Shown here: positions 34,871-38,313 of the stretch, in pieces
Position numbering within the stretch: the first letter of the stretch is position 1
Layout: the number at the start of each line of letters is the position of its first letter
DNA from: a virus
Taxonomy: Duplodnaviria > Caudoviricetes
IMG/VR virus record: IMGVR_UViG_3300030397_000658
Span: 1 to 38,313 of that record
Reading direction: 5' to 3' (one strand)
Length of the DNA stretch: 38,313 nt
The notes under the pieces: generated by a model
The model's database searches: none
What the model was told of the DNA's origin: nothing
What the model saw: the letters and a program-made list of their open reading frames with translations, nothing else
Position numbers and translations under genes: made by a program

Positions 34871-35900
34871 TTTTGCTCTCGGGAAAGCGAGTTATCCCGA
34901 CTTATCTCAGGTGGCGATTGGTGCGCTCCGTAAACGGGCGGGATATGTGCCGGGTAAGATTGATGCTCCTCTGCCTGAGACGCTAGAGGTGGCGCTCGAA
35001 TTGTTGGGTGATTCATTCATCGATGAAGATGTTATCTCTGCGTGGATTGGGGTAAACCCGGATAGTTACGATGGGGTACTCGGGTTCTGGCATCAGATGG
35101 CTCTGGCTCGATGTGCCAGGCGTGATGATAAGGTGTTTGTGCCTGATCCGAATAGCATTGTTGACCATGCAAAGAGACCGAGGATTAATGGTGTGATGAG
35201 TTTGCAGCATATGCCTTATAAGCGGGAGTTAGACCGGGATGTTGAGTCGGTGCTTAAGTGGTGTGAGGGCAGGGCATGGGTTGCTGGCTCTGCTGTGGTG
35301 CAAGCGCTGGCTCAAACCCCATTTACTTTCGGTGATATTGATGTGTTCTGTCATAGTGACCGGGATTATGAGGTGCTGAAGGAGATGGCGCTCGCCCGTC
35401 GCCCGGCTAAGGTGCTGGCTGAGAATGAGCGTTCGGTGCTGATTGAGTCGCCTCTGATTGTTCATGTGTTTCAGATAGAGAATCTCAATCTGGTGCGTCC
35501 GTGTGGTGAGGATTGGTCTGAACCGTACAATGTGCTGAAAGATTTTGACCTGACTTGCTCGGCTGCTCTGGCGCGGAATACGAAAGAAGCATTTGTGTGG
35601 AAAGTTCCAGTGTTTGAAAAGTACACCATGCACGCTATCAATTTGAAGCATCCGGCTAAGACGCTGGGACGGGTGATGAAATACTGGAGTCGTGGTTTCA
35701 CCCCGTCAGCGTATTTATGGGATAAGCTGGCGCAGGATGAGCGGTGTCTGGAGATGATGCTGGTGATGTCTCCTCTGGCTGATGTGTTTCAGAGTCCTGT
35801 GCTGGATGCGGTGGCATATACGACGAGGTTCTATGAGCCTCATGCTCAGAGTAGTTTCGATGAATATGAGTATTATGAGGATGAGTGGGATTATGAGTAG
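34848..35900 (+). CDS. Pol-beta-superfamily nucleotidyltransferase (CCA/poly(A)-polymerase-head-like) with an N-terminal domain of unknown function
   Basis: WVAGSAV...GDIDVF motif, FDLTCS, and RVMKYWSRGF. Confidence 0.65.
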   Translation: MSKKTVNDFALGKASYPDLSQVAIGALRKRAGYVPGKIDAPLPETLEVALELLGDSFIDEDVISAWIGVNPDSYDGVLGFWHQMALARCARRDDKVFVPDPNSIVDHAKRPRINGVMSLQHMPYKRELDRDVESVLKWCEGRAWVAGSAVVQALAQTPFTFGDIDVFCHSDRDYEVLKEMALARRPAKVLAENERSVLIESPLIVHVFQIENLNLVRPCGEDWSEPYNVLKDFDLTCSAALARNTKEAFVWKVPVFEKYTMHAINLKHPAKTLGRVMKYWSRGFTPSAYLWDKLAQDERCLEMMLVMSPLADVFQSPVLDAVAYTTRFYEPHAQSSFDEYEYYEDEWDYE

Positions 35901-36585
35901 TGGTGAGAAGGTATCACTGGCTAAGGCGTTTGTGCTGGCTGGTCGGATTGCTAATCTGATTGGTCCGTATACTGAGGAGACCAAAATCGCGGGGTCTATC
36001 CGACGTAAGAAAGCGATGGTGGGGGATATTGAGATTGTGGTGAAGTGTGAGGATGATGCTCAATATCAAATGTGGGCAGTGGTAGATAGTCTGGTGAATC
36101 AGGGACGGGTTGAGAAAGCGGAGTACGGGTTCAAGCGCTCGCATCGATGGGGTGATCGGTACAGGGGGATGGTCTATCGCGATATGCTGGTGGAAGTGTT
36201 CCGGGCTGATGCTCATAACTGGGGGTATCAGTTGTGGTTACGGACGGGTGGCGGTGAGAAGAATCGCTATGTCATGAATCGGATGAAAGCTTGCCAGTCT
36301 CCTGTTCGATTTGCTGACGGGTATGCCTGGTGGGTGGATTACGATAGCAAGCATCCGAATTTTGATTTTGATAAGGGCTATGCTCGCAAGGGTAAGTTGA
36401 GTGTGCCGGATGAGGCGACTCTGTACAAATTGCTGGGTATCCATCAGGTGATTGAGCCAGAGCGTCGTTCGGTGAGGGTATATCAGGGTTTTCTCCATAA
36501 TTGGGTGTATTGCCCGTCTGCTGGGGAGCTACGTTCGATGCTGGTGGATGAGGATAGACCACCCCGTCAGCAGAGTTTGTTTTAG
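35893..36585 (+). CDS. DNA polymerase X-like minimal nucleotidyltransferase (palm and thumb)
   Basis: IAGSIRRKKAMVGDIEIVV, LWLRTGG and DEATLYKLLGI...IEPERR motifs. Confidence 0.8.
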   Translation: MSSGEKVSLAKAFVLAGRIANLIGPYTEETKIAGSIRRKKAMVGDIEIVVKCEDDAQYQMWAVVDSLVNQGRVEKAEYGFKRSHRWGDRYRGMVYRDMLVEVFRADAHNWGYQLWLRTGGGEKNRYVMNRMKACQSPVRFADGYAWWVDYDSKHPNFDFDKGYARKGKLSVPDEATLYKLLGIHQVIEPERRSVRVYQGFLHNWVYCPSAGELRSMLVDEDRPPRQQSLF

Positions 36586-36593
36586 GGGCGCTC

Positions 36594-36725
36594 ATGCGGA
36601 AACGAAAGTCAGAAGTAATGACCTGTATGGGGTTCGTGGGGTTCGTGCTGGTATCCTGTCTGTTTCTCGGGATGGGTATTGTGTTGATGTGCGGGATTTT
36701 TGGCATTACGTGTAGTGCGATATAG
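36594..36725 (+). CDS. Small hydrophobic protein (43 aa)
   Basis: MRKRK followed by a long hydrophobic, Cys-rich stretch; RBS AGGGG. Confidence 0.45.
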   Translation: MRKRKSEVMTCMGFVGFVLVSCLFLGMGIVLMCGIFGITCSAI

Positions 36726-36751
36726 ATTGGGATAATGGTTATTCCACAGAG

Positions 36752-36776
36752 AGACGCTCCTGTACGGGGCGTTTTT
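36752..36776 (+). terminator. Intrinsic terminator of the early/middle operon
   Basis: AGACGCTCC-TGTAC-GGGGCGTTTTT. Confidence 0.7.
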
Positions 36777-36857
36777 GGTTTAGGGATTATTACGGTAGGA
36801 CGGGGGTGACTCTGCTATAATATAAAGAGGCGTTAATGGTGATTGAGGGTGCGATAG

Positions 36858-37313
36858 ATGTTAGATTTTCCATTAGAGGAGAATATCCTCACGGTGGTCA
36901 GGCGTAGACAGCGAGACGTGCGGGTGGGTGTATTGCCCAAGACGGTTCAGGCGGGATTGCCTGTTTCGATAGCAGAGCAGACCTGCCGGGCGTATATGGC
37001 TAGAATGTGGCGGGATGGTCGCTTATTCCGGTTTGGTGGTACGAATGCCAGACGGGGATACCGGGCATTGAAAGAGTCAGAGATTGTTATTGAGAAACAG
37101 ATTGTGAGCTTGCTTGAGCGGAATCCCTGGGGACTGGTGGCTGATAAGATTGCTGAGATGCTCTCTGTGCGGGTTGAGATTGTGGAGGGGTATCTTCCCC
37201 AGCTTGAGTATCGCGGGGTGATTCTGTTCAATCGTGGTGCGTGGCGATTACCGAGTGAGCTTCAAAAATTATCTTATGTATTGTGTGGTCAGTTCGGGTA
37301 TCGGGTGGCTTAG
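36858..37313 (+). CDS. Tandem winged-helix regulator, candidate late-gene activator
   Basis: Two wHTH-like halves (EQTCRAYMARMWRDGRL; ADKIAEMLSVRVEIVEGYLPQLEYRGVI). Has its own extended -10 TGCTATAAT at 36813-36821 and sits just before the late region. Confidence 0.65.
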   Translation: MLDFPLEENILTVVRRRQRDVRVGVLPKTVQAGLPVSIAEQTCRAYMARMWRDGRLFRFGGTNARRGYRALKESEIVIEKQIVSLLERNPWGLVADKIAEMLSVRVEIVEGYLPQLEYRGVILFNRGAWRLPSELQKLSYVLCGQFGYRVA

Positions 37314-37344
37314 TGCGTTAGAGGTGATGCTCAGGGGTATAGTG

Positions 37345-37444
37345 CGAGTGTCCCTCCTGTAATGCACTCTCCTATTCTATTCCTGTTTTGGTCATGACTG
37401 CGAGAGCGCCTCATTGTGTGTTTTGCGATGGGGTGCTTTTGTTT
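37345..37444 (+). ncRNA. Putative small RNA of about 95-100 nt with an anti-Shine-Dalgarno loop
   Basis: Promoter GCGTTAG(37315)-N16-TATAGT, 5' hairpin GAGTGT-CCCTCCTGTAAT-GCACTC, G-U-rich terminator at 37403-37444, and no convincing ORF. Confidence 0.5.
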
Positions 37445-37445
37445 A

Positions 37446-37487
37446 CCCCCCTCCCCCAGCCCCTCCCCAAAGTTTTGGAGAGGGGAG
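37446..37487. repeat. CCCCTCCCC...GGAGAGGGGAG palindromic element, intergenic copy
   Basis: CCCCCCTCCCCCAGCCCCTCCCCAAAGTTTTGGAGAGGGGAG. Confidence 0.7.
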
Positions 37488-37604
37488 ATTGCTGGTCTGT
37501 ATGGAATAATTTGTGGAATATTTTACACCCGGTCATTTTGAGGGAAGATTTGTAAATTTTGCTGTCAATTATTCCGGTAAATATTCCGGCTGGTGTGGAT
37601 TAAT

Positions 37605-37633
37605 GCGTTAGAGGTGCTACGAATCGGGATACT
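37605..37633 (+). promoter_or_regulatory. Putative late promoter of the packaging operon
   Basis: GCGTTAG-N16-GATACT upstream of terS. Confidence 0.6.
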
Positions 37634-37737
37634 AAGCATAGGCTTATTGTGCGAGTTCGTATAGTGATATGTAAACCATTAAAAAAGTGGTGATTATCGC
37701 TCAATAATTTGCGGTGTTTTTATGGTAGGGCAAGGCT

Positions 37738-38313
37738 ATGGCTAATCAACGTAAATATTCGGTGCGTGATTTCCGGCTGGCGATTGAACGGGCGGGTAAT
37801 CAGGTGCGTGCTATTGCTGCTGAATTGAATTGTTCGACTTCTACGGTGTATCGCTGGTTGCGTTTGCATCCCGAGCTACGGGATGCTCATCAGAAGGCAG
37901 GTGGGGAGGTTGAACAGCGTCCCCGGTATTATGAAGCGGTCAAGAAAGCGATTGAGGGTAGCCGGGGCATTTATACGACGATTGCTAATAATGCGGGTGT
38001 CTCCCGTCAGACGGTGGTGAATTATATGCGGGATTATCCTGAGCTGGCTCAGGTTGCTGAATCGGAACGGGGAGAACTGGTTGACCATGCTGAGAATGCG
38101 CTGGCAATGCTGGTGGGTAATCTGGATGGTCCGAGTGTGCGATTTGTGCTGAGTACAATCGGGGCTGACCGGGGGTATGGCACTAAGACATCGGTTGAGA
38201 TTAGTGGTCTGGCGATTAGTGCTGAGACGGTAGCCTTGCTCGAACAACTTGGCAAGAATCCGGTTGAGGCTGTACGTCAGTTTGAGAAGATGATTGAGAT
38301 GCAAGCTGAGAGG
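37738..38313 (+). CDS. Putative terminase small subunit with two HTH motifs (about 196 aa; ends at 138 after the junction)
   Basis: MANQRKYS...AIAAELNCSTSTVYRW...IANNAGVSRQTVVNY...LVDHAENAL...FVLSTIGADRGY. Missed by the ORF track because it crosses the contig end. Confidence 0.75.
   Translation, partial: MANQRKYSVRDFRLAIERAGNQVRAIAAELNCSTSTVYRWLRLHPELRDAHQKAGGEVEQRPRYYEAVKKAIEGSRGIYTTIANNAGVSRQTVVNYMRDYPELAQVAESERGELVDHAENALAMLVGNLDGPSVRFVLSTIGADRGYGTKTSVEISGLAISAETVALLEQLGKNPVEAVRQFEKMIEMQAER

Noticed and set aside
38191-38313. 123-bp terminal repeat as a biological virion end repeat
   Set aside because: It falls inside an uninterrupted ORF and is best explained as assembler overlap of a circular sequence.
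1-38313. Stop-codon reassignment
   Set aside because: Standard code gives dense, full-length genes ending in TAA, TAG and TGA.

Overview
The window looks like a complete circular genome of a temperate siphovirus-like phage-plasmid of about 38,190 bp; bases 1-123 repeat at 38191-38313, so the contig closes on itself. The late region runs terS (across the junction), terL, portal, head accessory genes and morons, scaffold, decoration and major capsid genes, neck, tail tube, tail chaperone with a -1 frameshift, tape measure, distal tail, and a non-canonical lysis module. A leftward early operon carries a 512-aa tyrosine recombinase. It is followed by an Xre-type repressor, a tRNA-fragment attP with a second integrase, ParA/ParB, a replication initiator with internal iterons and a C-terminal DnaA domain-I-like region, an ASCH/nucleotidyltransferase/PolX-like cluster, and a double winged-helix regulator. 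A Chloroflexota (Anaerolineae-like) host is inferred, not shown. The most unusual content is non-coding: a late promoter motif GCGTTAG-N16-TAnnnT, eleven dispersed TTCCWCAGAG sites mostly at gene ends, seven co-oriented GTAG-type REP hairpins, a putative anti-Shine-Dalgarno sRNA, and repeat-bounded single-gene cassettes, one pair with dif-like sites next to the large recombinase. All product calls come from motif recognition, not database searches.
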